Below, piece by piece: positions 1 through 13,200 of a stretch of 64,000 nucleotides of DNA. A program made the translations under genes and the position numbers. The stretch is from the human T2T-CHM13v2.0 reference genome, Homo sapiens, in assembly GCF_009914755.1 (NCBI RefSeq), contig NC_060938.1; one strand, written 5' to 3'. The first letter of the stretch is position 1. The number at the start of each line of letters is the position of its first letter. The notes under the pieces were generated by a model. That model saw only the letters and a program-made list of their open reading frames with translations, made no database searches and was not told the origin of the DNA.

Positions 1-3000
1 GATTGCCATTCTAACTGGCATGAGACATTATCTTATTGTAATTTTGATTTGCATTTCTCTAATGACCACTGACGATGAGCTTTTTTTTGTATGTTTGTTG
101 GCCACATAAATGTCTTCTTTTGAAAAGTGTCTGTTTATACCCTTTGCTCACTTTTTTATGGGTTTTTTTTTCTTGTAAATTTGTTTAAGTTCCTTGTAGA
201 TTCTGGATATTAGCCCTTTGTCAGATGGAGAGATAGCAAAAATTTTCTCCCATTCTGTTACTTGCCTGTTCACTCTGATGATAATTTCTTTCACTGTGCA
301 AAAGCTCTTTAGTTTAATTAGATCCCATTTGTCAATTTTGGCTTTTGTTACCATTGTTTTTGGTGTTTTAGTCATGAAGTCTTTGCCAATGCTTATGACC
401 TGAACAGTACTTCCTAGGTTTTTTTCTAGGGTTTTTGTGGTTTTAGGTCTTACATTTAAATCTTTAGTTGATCCTGAGTTAATTTTTGTATAAAGTGTAA
501 GGAAAGGGTCCAGTTTCAGTTCTCTGCATATGGCTAGCCAGTTTTCTCAACTCCATTTATTAAATAAGGACTTCTTTCCCCATTGCTTGTTTTTGTCAGG
601 TGTATCAAGGATTAGATGGTTGTAGATATGTGCTGTTATTTCTGAGGCGTCTGTTCTGTTCCTTTTGTCTGCATATCTGTTTTGGTACCAGCACCACGCT
701 GTTTTGGTTACTGTAGCCTTGTAGTATAGTTTCAAGTCAGGTAGCATGATGCCTCCAGTTTTGTTCTATTTGCTTAGGATTGTCTTGGCTATATGGGCTC
801 TTTTTGGATTCCATATGAAATTTAGAGTAGCTTTTTCTAACTATGTGAAGAAAGTCAATGGTAGCTTGATGGGAATAGCATTGAATCTATGAATTATTTT
901 GGGCAGCATGGCCATTCTCATGATATCGATTCTTCCTATCCATGAGCATGGAATATTTTTCCATTTGTTTGTGTCTTCTCTTATATCGTTGGGCAGTGGT
1001 TTATAGTTCTCCTTGAAGAGGTCCTTCACATCCCTCATAAGCTATATTCCTAGGTAGTTTATTCTCTTTGTAGCAATTGTGAATAGGAGTTTGCTTATGA
1101 TTTGGCTGTTTGTCTATTATTGGCGTATAAGAATGCTTGTGATTTTTGCACATTGATTTTGTATCATGAGACTTTGCTGAAGTTGCTTACCATCTTAAGG
1201 TGATTTGGGGCTGAGACAATGGGGTTTCCTAAATATACAATCATGTCATCTGCAAACGGAGACAATTTGACTTCCTCTCTTCCTGTTTGAATATCCTTTC
1301 TTTCTTTCTCTTGCCTGATTGCCCTGGCCAGAACTTCCAATACTATGTTGAATAGGAGTGGTGAGAGAGGGCATCATTATCTTGTGTCAGTTTTCAAAGG
1401 GAATGCTTCCAGCTTTTGCCCATTCAGTATGATATTGGCTGTGGGTTTGTCAGAAACAGCTCTTATTATTTTGAGATATATTCCATCAATACCTAGTTTA
1501 TTGAGTGTTTTTAACATGAAGGGTGTTGAATTTTATCGAAGAACTTTCCTGCATCTATTGAGATAATCATGTAGTTTTTGTCATTGGTTCTGTTTATGTG
1601 ATGGATTACATTTATTGATTTGAGTATATTGAACCAGTCTTTCATCTCAGGGATGAAGCCGACTTGATTGTGATGGAAAAGCTTTTTAATGTGCTTCTGG
1701 ATTAGGTTTGTCAGTATTTTATTTAGGATTTTCTTATTGGTGTTCATCAGGGATGTTGGCCTGAAATTTTCTTTTTTTTGTTGTGTCTCTGCCAGGTTTT
1801 GGTATCAAGATGATGCTGGCCTCATAAAATGAATGAGGCAGGAGTCCCTCCTTTTCAGTTGTTTGGAATAGTTTCAGAAGGAATGGTACCAGCTCATGTA
1901 CCTCTGGTAGAATTCAGCTGTTAATCCATCTGGTCCTGGGCTTTTTTTTGGTTGGTAGGCTATTAATTACTGCCTCAATTTCAGAACTTGTTATTGGTCT
2001 ATTCAGGGATTTGACTTCTTTCTGGTTTAGTCTTGGGAGGGCGTATGTGTCCAGGACTTTATCCATTTCTTCTAGATTTTCTGGTTTAATTGCATAGAGG
2101 AGTTTATAGTATTCTCTGATGGTAGTTTGTATTTCTGTGGGATCACTGGTAATCTCCTCTTTATCATTTTTACTGTGTCTAATTGATTCTTCTCTCTTTT
2201 CTACTTTATTAGTCTGGCTAGTTGTCTATCTATTTTGTTAATCTTTTCAAAAAAACCAGCTCCTCTATTTATTGATTTTTGAAGGGTTTTTCATATCTCT
2301 ATTTCCTTCAGTTCTGCTGATCTTAGTTATTTGTTGTCTTCTGCTAGCGTTTGAATTTGTTTGCTCTTGCTTCTCTAGTTCTTTTAATTGTGATGTTAGG
2401 GTGTTGATTTTAGACTTTTCTTGCTTTCTCCTGTGGGCATTTAGTGCTATAAATTTCCCTCTAAACACTACTTTAGCTGTGTCCCAGAGATTCTGGTATG
2501 TCATGTCTTTGTTCTCATTGGTTTCAGAGAACGTATTTATTTCTGCCTTAATTTCATTATTTACCCAGTAGTCATTCAGGAGCAGGTTGTTCAGTTTCCA
2601 GGTAGTTATGGAGTTTTGAGCGAGTTTCTTAATCCTGAGTTCTAATTTGATTGCACTGTGGTCTGAGAAACTGTTTGTTATGATTTCTGTTATTTTGCAT
2701 TTGCTGAGGAGTGTTTTACTTTCAATGATGTGGTCTATTTTAGAATAACTGCTGTGTGGTACTGAGAAGAATGTATATTCTGTTGATTTGGTGGGGAGAG
2801 TTCTGTAGATGTCTATTAGGTCTGTATGGTCCAGAGCTGAGTTCAAGTCCTGAATATCCTTGTTAATTTTCTGTCTTGTTAATCTATCTAACTGCCTAAG
2901 CTCTTCTTGTTGCATTTATCCCTTTACCATTATGTAATGACGTTCTTTGTCTTTTTTGATCTTTGTTGGTTTAATGTCTGTTTTGTCAGAGACTAGGATT

Positions 3001-3011
3001 GCAATCTCTGC

Positions 3012-3043
<32 letters not shown>

Positions 3044-3245
3044 TTCCACTTACTTGATGAATCTTCCTCCATCCCTTTATTTTGAGCCTATGGGTGTCTT
3101 TGCACTTGAGATGGGTCTCTTGAATATGGCATACCAATGGGTCTTGACTCTTTATCCAATTTGCCAGTCTGTGCCTTTTTATTGGGACATTTAGCCCATT
3201 TACATTTAACATTAATATTGTTATATGTGAATATCATCCTGTCAC
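1..3245 (-). pseudogene. Disrupted L1 ORF2p (endonuclease/reverse transcriptase) remnant
   Basis: Fragments 2916-3212, 2265-2915, 1511-1747, 841-1038, 547-747 and 148-375 match L1 ORF2p. Start codon mutated (GTG at 3245-3243); many stops and frameshifts. Confidence 0.9.
3012..3040. repeat. Poly(T)29 expansion inside L1 ORF2
   Basis: The short A-run encoding KQKKA has expanded to 29 nt (poly-K in ORF 2916-3212). Confidence 0.9.
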
Positions 3246-3308
3246 TATTATGCTAGCTGGTTATTTTGCCTATTAGTTGATGCAGTTTCTTCATCGTATT
3301 GATGGTCT

Positions 3309-4381
3309 TTACATTTTGGTTTGTTCTTGCAGTGGCTGGTACCAGTTTTTCCTTTCCATATTTATTGCTTCCTTCAGGAGCTCTTTTAAGGCAGGCCTAG
3401 TGGTGAAAAAAAAATCCCTCAGCATTTGCTTGTCTGTAAAGGATTTTATTTCTCCTTTGGTTATGAAGCTTAGTTTGGCTGGATATGGAATTCTGGACTG
3501 AAAATTCTTTTCTTTAATAATGTTGAATATTTGCCCCCCTCTCTTCTGGCTTGTAGGGTTTCTGCAGAGAGATCCACTGTTAGTCTGATGGGCTTCCCTT
3601 TGTGGGTAACCCAACCTTTCTTTCTGGCTGCCCTTTACATTTTTTCCTTCATTTCAACCTTGGTGAATCGGACAATTATGTGTCTTGGGGTTACTCTTCT
3701 CAAGAGGTATCTTTGTGGTGTTCTCTGTATTTCCTAAATTTGAATATTGGCCTGTCTTTCTAGTTTTGGGAAGTTCTCCTAGATAATATCTTGAAGTGCG
3801 TTTTCCAACTTGGTTCCATTCTTCCTGTCACTTTCAGGTACACAAATCAAACATAGGTTTGGTCTTTTCATATAGTCCCATATTTCTTGGAGGCTTTGTT
3901 CATTCCTTTTCATTCTTTTTTCTCTATTCTTGTCTTCATGCTTTATTTCATTAAGTTGATCTTCAATCTCTGATATCCTTTCTTGCTTTATTTCATTAAG
4001 CTGATCTTCAGTCTCTGATATCTTTTCTTCCACTTGATCGATTCAGCTATTGATACTTGTGTATGCTTCATGAAGTTCCCACGCTGTGTTTTTCAGCTCC
4101 CTCAGGTCATTTATGTTATTCTCTGAGCTGATTATTCTAGTTAGTAATTCTTCAAACCTTTTATCAAAGTTCTTAACTTCCTTGCATTGGGTTAGAACAT
4201 GCTCCTTTAGCTCAGAAGAGTTTGTTATTACCCACCTTCTGACGTCTACTTCTGTCAGTTCGTCAAATTCATTCTCCATCCAATTTTGTTCCCTTGTTGG
4301 CAAGGAGTTGTGATCCTTTAGAGTCGGAGAGGCATTCTTGTTTTTGGAATTTTCGGTCTTCTTGTGCTGGGTTTTCCTCAT
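3309..4381 (-). pseudogene. Disrupted L1 ORF1p remnant
   Basis: MRKTQHKKTENSKN..., coiled-coil EISEIEDQLNEIK-type repeats, RNEQSLQEIWDY, SRIPYPAKLSF, TTRPALKELLKE; broken into three ORFs. Confidence 0.9.
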
Positions 4382-5709
4382 CTCCGTGGATTTATCTACC
4401 TTTGCTCTTTGCTTTTGGTGACGCTTGGATAGAGTTTTTGTGTGGTCATCTTTTCTGTTGATGTTGATACTATTGCTTTCAGTTTGTTAGTTTTCCTCCT
4501 AACAGTCCAGTCCCTCTTCTTCAGGTCTACTGGAGTTTGCTGGAGGTCCACTTTAGACCCTGTTTGCCTGGGTATCACCAGCAGAGGGTGCAGAACAGCA
4601 AAGATTGCTGCCTGCTTCTTCCACTTGAAGCTTTGTCCCAGAGGTGCACCTGCCAGATGCCAGCTGGAGCTCTCCTGTATGAGGTGTCTGTCAACTCCTG
4701 CTAGGAGGTCTTTCCCAGTCAAGAGGTACGGGGATCAGCGACCCACTTGAGGAGTCAGTCTGTCCCTTAGCAGAGCTCGAGCAATGTGCTGGGAGATCTG
4801 CTCTCTTCAGAGCCAGCAGGCAGGAACATTTAAGTCTGCTGAAGCTGCATCCCCCAGCCGCCACTTACCCCAGGTGCTCTGTCCCATGGAGATAGGAGTT
4901 TTACCTATAAGCCCCTGACTGAGGTCGCTGCCTGTCTTTTGAGATGCCCTGCCCAGAGAGGAGGAATCTAGAGAGGCAGTCTGGCTACAGCAGCTTTGGG
5001 GTGCTGTGGTGGGCTCCGCCTAGTCTGAACTTCCTGGCGACTTTGTTTACACTGTGAGGGGAAAACCACCTACTCAATCCTCAGTAATGGCAGATGCCCC
5101 TTCCCACACCAAGCTTGAACTTCCCAGGTTGACTTCAGAATGCTGTGCTGGCAGCGAGAATTTCAAGCCAGTGAATCTTAGCTTGCTGGGCTCCATGGGG
5201 TTGGGATCTGCTGAGCAAGACCACTTGGCTCCCTGGCTTCAAACCCCTGTCCAGAGGAGTAAACGGTTCTGTCTTGCTGGCATTCCAGGTGCCACTGGGG
5301 AAAAAACAAACAAACAAAAAACTCTTGCAGCTAGCTTGGTGTCTGCCCAAAGGGCCTCCCAGTTTTGTGCTTGAAACCCAGGGCCCTTGTGGTGTAGGCA
5401 CCCAAGGGAATCTTCTGGTCTGTGGGTGGCAAAGACTGTGGGGAAAATGTAGAATCTGGGCCAGATAGCATTTTCCCTCACAGCATGGTCCCTCACGGCT
5501 TCCCTTGGCTAGGGGAAGAAATTCCCCAACCCCTTGCACTTCCCAGGTGAGGTGATGCCCCACCCTGCTTCGGCTCACCTTCTGTGGGCTGCACCCGCTG
5601 TCTAACCAGTCCCAGTGAGATTAACTGAGTACATTAGCTCAAAATGCAGAAATCACCTGCCTTCTGCGTTGGTCTCACTGGGAGCTGCAGACGAGAGCTG
5701 TTTCTATTT

Positions 5710-5719
5710 GGCCATCTTG
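5710..5719 (-). promoter_or_regulatory. YY1 site at the L1 5'UTR start
   Basis: GGCCATCTTG on + strand = CAAGATGGCC, the conserved YY1 element of the L1 internal promoter. Confidence 0.75.
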
Positions 5720-6959
5720 CCCAGGAATCTGCAATTTTTTTTTTGGAATTACTATAGGATTTTAAGAAAAGGAGAGGATAATAGAGATGCTGAATTTAAA
5801 AAAGGACACCAAAGTAAGGAAGCATTTTAAGCCTCATAATGCTAAACAAGCACATCTGTACATCAATATAGTTTAATGGATATTACAGTTAATATTTTAA
5901 AATTTTGGCTGCTGAGCAATTCTATAAAGTTCCTACTACACAAATATACCCATAAAGTCTAAAAGTTGACAGTTTTTAGTAAGGACACTTTCTATCAACA
6001 TATGATTAGCAGTGTATAGAGTTGAATATTCCATACAATTTCTGGACTTTTTCCTTCAGTCAAAAATAACCTTCTTTTAGTTTTGTCATTATATATTTTG
6101 CTTATTGTGAGTTCATAAGCACCACTAAATTGCATAGTGATACATATTTGAGTCATCACTACTCTTTGATCAATATTTTTTTCCAATAACTGGATCTTAA
6201 GCCAGTCTGGATTGTAATAATTATCCCCCACTCATATTCCTAATGTGTTTTTACATCCAGGTAGATATTTACAATCTGCCAACTCCTAGTTTGCTTGTAA
6301 GTTTACACTTTATTGGAGATATCTTGCCAAATAATTGTGCTTTTTAAATAACTTTAATACGTTATCAAGTCCAGTGTCTAGGTAATTTTATGAACGTTGT
6401 CAGCTAATACAACGTCACATAACTAAGCTTGTTTTCTCTTATGATGTAAATAATATGCAATCCTCATATGTCACTAGAAGCAGTTAATTTTTTTTTCTAA
6501 GTACTTGTCATAAAGGTTTTTTTAGTTTTTGTTTTTATTTTTTTTAAAAATAGATAATGGGAATGGGAGTAAGTTTAAGTAAAGGGTAACCAGCTCCCTG
6601 GGCTTCATCTAAGTCTACCTTGCCCAAATATTTACTGGTTGCTGCTTCCAATAACCATCTTTATTGGATTTAATGATTTATTTTACTGTTACTTCATGTG
6701 ATTCCTAGACGTTCTTCAGATAAAATAGCCCTCCTTTCACGTCTCAAAATATACAACAGCAGAATGTCCCGTTCTGCTGTTGTTGAAAGTACAAAAGGTT
6801 TGTTCTGTGATTCCAGACTCAACATCAGTATACTTTGTTCAGAAAGACACTGACTTTCAACCTAATTTTCACCAATGCAAAAAGGAATGGAAGGAGAGAG
6901 TATGAAGTGCCATGACATTCCTGGCCCATTTACATATATTTTATATGTCACAACGCTGC

Positions 6960-7073
6960 AGTAAGGAAATGGAACTCATCCAAGATCCATTTACTTCCCA
7001 GTGGCAGCGTTTGGCTTGGAAGCCAAAATTATCTGATCCAATGTCCATGCCTTTTACTATACTGTGCTGCCTC
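6960..7073 (-). mobile_element. MIR fragment
   Basis: Degenerate match to the reverse MIR 5' part (caagatcc...gtggcag...gaagccaaa...tctgatcca...actatactgtgctgcctc). Confidence 0.5.
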
Positions 7074-8328
7074 TATAAGCATGCTCATTCCATTGGGACT
7101 CTGACATGATTCCCTGTGATCAAATCCTCCCTTTCCACCTCAGTACCAATATCTACATCCCTGCTTTCTGCTCCTACATGAGAGCCCTCCCTCAGATTGC
7201 TGCTGTCTTTCCACCTTTTCATAATAAGGAATATAAAATGTCTATGACATGGGCTACTTACTAGTCAATAGATAGTGTCCTCTGTCAACTATAAAGCAAA
7301 GGAAAGATAGACATTTACATCATCTAACATGTAGTGGTAAAAACCAGGTTTGTGCAATTTAACATACTGATACTTCATGTAAGGAGGATAATGATGAATT
7401 TCTTGTGATGCCATATGGCAGGCCAAAACCTACTCACACCACACCTACATAAACAAGTGATTCTTTTCCAGCTGGTGCCCAAAGTTATTTCAGATGATTT
7501 CAGCATCTCTTATTGAAGTCCAAATTTGAAGTCCCTGCAGAACTCATGAACTTCAGAGTCTGCACAAAGGGACTTTTAAAGTCTCATATCTTCCTTAGAC
7601 TTTCCTGCACCAGCTGTGAAAATCAATTAGCCCTGGTGAAAACTGAGCTGCTCTATGTTCTCAGTAATGAAAATGGCCAACTGCTTGCTAGCAATTTTCT
7701 CTGTCCTTTACAAAGGCAAATGGAGACTTTGAATCTTTTTTCACTGCTCCATGGAATTGCCTTTTACTTCTATTTTGAAAGTTGCCAGGCATGCCAGGAG
7801 ATTAACACAGAAGAATCTTTGGAGCAGCGGGAAAATTATATCATCACACACCAGTGACATTTGTGACTCCCTCAGGCTGGTATGCAGCCATCAGACAGTC
7901 AAAACAAACACCTCCCAAACACATGCCAGAACTCAACTCCCCCTCATGTCTGCTCCCTTGATAAAAACTGAAATGGCTGATGGTACCTCATCAATTTAAA
8001 GACCCAGTGAATAGCTCAGATAATGCTCCAAGAACATAATAATAGGAAAATGCTGGCATAAAGATGGATAAGGAGGAGGCCACTGAGATGGTGAGCCAGC
8101 ATAGGAAGCACAGGGAAATGCCAGAAGGACAGGGGTTCACAAACTGCCTGGAGATCTAGATTGCTTTTCACCTTCCCATCCTTTATGGGAAAGTGGTCAC
8201 TTCCAAAGAATGAGAAAAGAAAAGAATCCTCCTCCACATCCCTTGTACTTCTGCCATCATAGTTCGCATCATTAACTACCTTCATAATAAAATAATAACA
8301 TCTCAGTACATTATTTACTCAGTTAAAA

Positions 8329-8548
8329 CAGGGATTCCCAGACTTGGTTATTGACATATTGGGTGGAATAATTCTTGTTGGGCAGATGGAGAAGCTGTAA
8401 TGCACATTTTAGAATGTTTAGCAGCATCTCTGGCCTCTAATCACAAGACACAAGTGCCCATGCCTTCCGAGTTATGGCAATCAAAAATATTTCTAGACAT
8501 TGCCAAATGTACTCTGAATGGCAAAACCACCTCAGTTGAGAATCACTA
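8329..8548. mobile_element. MER20 (hAT-Charlie MITE)
   Basis: Matches MER20 motifs (attgacatattggg, atgtttagcagcatc, agacattgccaaatgt, gttgagaatcact). 8-bp hAT-type TSD AGTTAAAA (8321-8328) / AGTTAAAG (8549-8556). Confidence 0.85.
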
Positions 8549-9382
8549 AGTTAAAGTGATGCTTCCATTTAAGTCCAAAAAGAACAAAAAATTGTGAAGA
8601 CTCCGAGAAATTCATGCTGTTAAAGTGGCTGAGTATATACCCAAACTGCCTCTGATGTGTACTGGCTTCACATTTTTAATGCAATTAATCAAAAGGTCAT
8701 TGGTTTGTATTACAAGACTATAAAATGCACACAGAAATAGATAACTGGATAAACAAAGTCTCATTTTTAAAACAATTAGGTCCAAAGATATCCTTTGGTT
8801 AGTTATTATGAAGACACTTTGTCTCACTTTATAATTGATGTTACATTCTGTCACATGTTGCATCATTTGACTGGTAGGTAAGAAAATCAAACCAGTTTCC
8901 AAATTTTATTGTGAAACCAGATACAGTGAATTTTAATGACTTTCTAGAGAGCAAATTTTAAGTTTACTTTAATTAAATTATTGTGTTCTCTACATGACAG
9001 TGTTTCTATGTACCCCCCAAAATAGGAGATATTTTTTACTTTAAATACAGTTAATTAAAACAAGTATGTTAATTACAAGTGTAAATTATAAGAGAAGAAC
9101 TACCTGATGAAATTTAGATTATTTCTCTTTAGTCAAAATTGTATATTCAATCAAGTATAACCAACAAATATCATGAGCAAATCACTACATTCAAGGATGA
9201 CACTAAAGGCAAAGAACAGCAGGTTTTAAATGGGATTTAGTGCTAATTTTAGTGATGAGTAGCTATTACATAGAATGTGGTAGATTGAAATACTAAAATT
9301 TCTCCCAATTCCTCCCGTCCCTATATGAATGATCCATTGACCTTGCAGCCTTTTTAGCAAGTGGTGAAGCGTATTTTTCCAT

Positions 9383-9570
9383 TCTCTGAATCTAATTGCC
9401 CTCATCTGAAACATGGGGAAAATAGTAATACCCATTACCTAAAGGTATTATATGGAGGAAATTTGGCTCAAGGAGTTGTAACTTGTCTAGAATCCCATAG
9501 CTGATAATTTACTAAGTTAGATTTTAAACTCAGGCCTTAATCATTCCATAGGTCATGTTCTCAGTCACTG
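9383..9570. mobile_element. Two abutting MIR fragments (+ then -)
   Basis: MIR core cctcatctgaaacatgggga..aatagta on +, followed by reverse MIR-like ggctcaagga..aacttgtctag..catagctga. Confidence 0.5.
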
Positions 9571-10076
9571 TTTTCACAACTTTGCTTCAATTGATTCTGT
9601 TGAATTTTTCCATCCATCGAGTCATTAATTCCCTTATGCATGAATGGATGCATTCAAAGATCCCAAATGCATAGGTTTCATATATTATTAATGCAGAATT
9701 GAAGAAACCATACAAATTTCAAGCTCTTGTGAAGTTGATACACCTTATTTACTTTCATTTCTCCACCTTCTACCTTGTTCACACTACCTACCTAAACCTT
9801 ATTTTTGTTTTCTCTATTTTTAACACATTGATAAAGTCTTCCTTTTATAATCTTAACATACTATTTTTTATTTCAATAGGCTTTTGGGGGAACAGGTGGT
9901 GTTTAGTTACATAAATAAGTTCTTTAGTGATGATTTCTGGTATTTTCATACACCCATCATCCAAGCAGTATACACTGTACTCAGTGGTAGTTTTTTACCC
10001 CTCAGACCCCTTCTACTCTTCTCCCCAAGTCCCCAAAGTCAATTGTATCATTGCTATGCGTTTGCATCCTCATGTC

Positions 10077-10221
10077 TTAGCTCCCACTTATGAGTGAGAA
10101 CACACGATGTTTGGTTTTATATTCCTGAGTTACTTCACTTAGAATAATGGCATTGAATGCCATCCAGGTTGCTGTGAATGCCATTATTTCATTCCTTTTT
10201 ATGACTGAGTAGTATTCCATG

Positions 10222-10252
<31 letters not shown>

Positions 10253-13200
10253 CATATACATATATATCACAATTTTTTATCCAATTCTTGATTGATGGGC
10301 ATTTGGGCTGGTTCCATATTTTTGCAATTACAAATTGTGCTGCTATAAACATGCGTGTCCAAGTATCTTTTTCATATAATGAATTATTTTCCTCTGGGTA
10401 GATACCCAGAAGTGGGATTGCTGGGTCAAATGGTAGATGTACTTTTACTTCTTTAAGGAATGTCCACACTGTTTCCATAGCAGTTGTAATAGTTCAGATT
10501 CCTACTAACAGTTTAAAAGTGTTTCCTTTTCACCACAGCAACGCTAGCATGTATTATTTTTTGATTTTTTGATTATGACCATTCTTGCAGGAGTGAGGTG
10601 GTATCACATTGTGCATTTGATTTGCATTTTCCTGATAATCAGTGATGTTGAGCATTGTTTCATGTTTGTTAGCCATTTGTATATCATCTTTTGATAATTG
10701 TCTATCATGTCCTTAGCCCACATGTTGATAGGATTGTTCGTTTTGTTCTTGCTGATTTTGGGTTCCTTGTGGATTCTGGATATTAATCCAATGTTGGATG
10801 TATATTTCACGAAGATTTTCTCCCACTCTGCGGGTTGTTGGTTTACTCTGTGGATTATTATTATTCTTATTTTTTGCTGTGCAGGAACGTTTTAGTTTAA
10901 TTAAGTTCCATCTATTTATCTTTGTTTTTGTTGCACTTGCTTTTGGTTTCTTGGTCATGAAGTCTTTTCCTAGGCCAATGTCTAGAAGGCTTTTCCCAAT
11001 GTTATCTTCTAGAATTTTTATGGTTTCAGGTCTTAGATTTAAGTCTTTGATCCATCTTGAGTTGCTTTTTGCATAGGGTGAGAGATGAGGATCCAGTTTC
11101 ATTCTTCTATATGTGGCTCAACAATTATCCCAGCACCATTTGTTGGATAGGGTGTCCTTTCCCCACTTTATGTTTTTGTTTGCTTTGTCGAAGATCAGTT
11201 GGCTGTAAGTATTTGGGTTTATTTATGGGTTCTCTACTGAGTTCCAGTTGTCTATGTGCCTATTTTTATACCAGTACTATGCTCTTTGCTGACTGTGGAT
11301 TTATAGTGTAGTTTGAAGTCAGCTAATGTAATGCCTTCAGATTTGTTCTTTTGCTTTGTCTTTCTTTGGCTATGTGTCTTCCTTTCTGGTTCTATATAAA
11401 TTTTAGGATTATTTTTTCTAGTTTTGTGAAGAATGATGGTGGTATTTTGATGGGAATTACATTAAATTTATAGATTGCTTTTGGAAGTATGGTCATTTTC
11501 ACAATTTTGATTCTACCTATCCATGAGCATGGGATGTGTTTCCATTTGTTGCATCATCTATTATTTATTTCAGCAGTGTTTGTAGTTTTCCTTGTAGGGG
11601 TTTTTCACATACTTTGTTAAGTATATTCCTAAGTTTTTTTTTCTGCTCTTGTAAAGTGTGTTGAATTCTTGATTTGATTCTCAGCTTGGTCACTGTTGGT
11701 ATATAGCAGAGCTACTGATTTGTTACATTAATTTTGTATCCTGAAACTTTGCTGAATTCATTTATAAGCTCTAGGAGCTTTGTGTATGAGTCTTTAGGAT
11801 TTTTCTAGGTATATAATATTGTTATCAGCAAACAGTGGCTGTTTGATTCCTCATTACCTATTTGGATGGCCTTTATTTCTTTTTAGTGTCTGATTGCTCT
11901 AGCTAAGACTTCAATATTATGTTGAATAGAAGTGGTGTAAGTGGGCATCCTTGTCTTGTTCCTGTTCTCAGGGGGAATGCTTTCAACTTTTCCCGATTCA
12001 ATATAATGCTGTCTGAGGGTTCCTTGTACATGGCTTTTATTACCTTATGGTATATCCCTTCTATGCTGATTTTTCTGAGTGTTTTAGTCATAAAGGGATG
12101 CTGGATTTTGAGAAATGGTTTTTCTGCATCTATTGAGATGATCACAGAATTTAAAAAAATTCTGTCTATGTGGTGTATCACATTTATTGACTCGAGGATG
12201 TTATACCATCCCTGTATCCCTGGTATGAAACCTATGTGACTATGGTGGATTATCTTTTTAATATGCTGTTGGATTCAGTTAGCTAATATTTTGTTCTGGA
12301 TTGTTGCAACTATATTCATCAGAGATATTAGTCTGTAGTTTTCTTTTTTCGTTATTTTTTTCCTGATTTTGGTATTAGAGTGATAACAGCTTCATAGAAT
12401 GATTTTGAAGCTATCAAAGAATCATTTTGGAGCTTCTTTCTCCATCTTGTGGAATAGTGCCAATAGGATTGATATCAATTCTTTAAATATCTGATAGAAT
12501 TCAGCTATGGATCTTTCTGGTCCTGGACTTTTTTTGTTGGTAATTTTTTATTACCATTTCAATCCTGCTGCTTGTTATTGGTCTGTTGAGAGTTTCCACT
12601 TCTTCCTGGTTTAATCAAAGAGGGTTGTATATTTCTAGTAATTTATCCGTCTTCTCTAGGTTTTCTAGTATATATGTGTAAAGATGTTCATAGTAGCCTG
12701 TTATGGATCCAGAAATCTTTTGGATTTCTGTGGTGTCAGTTCTAATATTCCAATTTTGTTACTACTTGTGCTTATTTGGATCTTCTCAGATCTTCTTTTC
12801 TTGATTACTCTCTCTAATGGTGTATCAATTTTGCTTGTTTTTTCAAAGAATCACCTTTGTATTTCATTTATCTTTTATATTGTTTTTGTTGTTTGTTTGT
12901 TTCAGTTTCATTTAGTTCTGCTCTGATCTTGGTTATTTCTTTTCTTCTGCTGGGTTTGGGTTTGGTTTGTTCTTGTTTCTCCATTTCCATAATATGTGAC
13001 CTTAGATTGTCTATTCATGCTCTTTCAGACTTTTTGATGTAGGCATTTAATGCTATGAGCTTGATTCTTAGTGCCACTTTTGCTGCATCCCAGAGTTTTT
13101 GATAGGTTGTGCGATTATCATTCAGTTCAAAGAAATTTTAAATTTTCATCTTGATTTCATTTTTGACCCAAAGATCATTCAGGAGCAGGTTATTTAATGT

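Larger units (their letters stand above)
1..5729 (-). mobile_element. LINE-1, L1PA7/L1PA8-like, 5' end intact, 3' end outside window
   Basis: Reverse strand begins GATTCCTGGGCAAGATGGCCAAATAGAAACAGCTC...CTGCAGCTCCCAG (primate L1 5'UTR start), ~1.35 kb 5'UTR, then colinear ORF1 and ORF2 fragments in the ORF track (e.g. [28 protein letters not shown]). Confidence 0.95.

Noticed and set aside
7775-7800. p53-like site AGGCATGCCA
   Set aside because: Only one imperfect half-site, with no properly spaced second half.
7513-7999. 114-aa and 82-aa ORFs in unique DNA
   Set aside because: No recognisable domain, overlapping frames, TTG start for the longer one and no convincing splice boundaries; consistent with chance.
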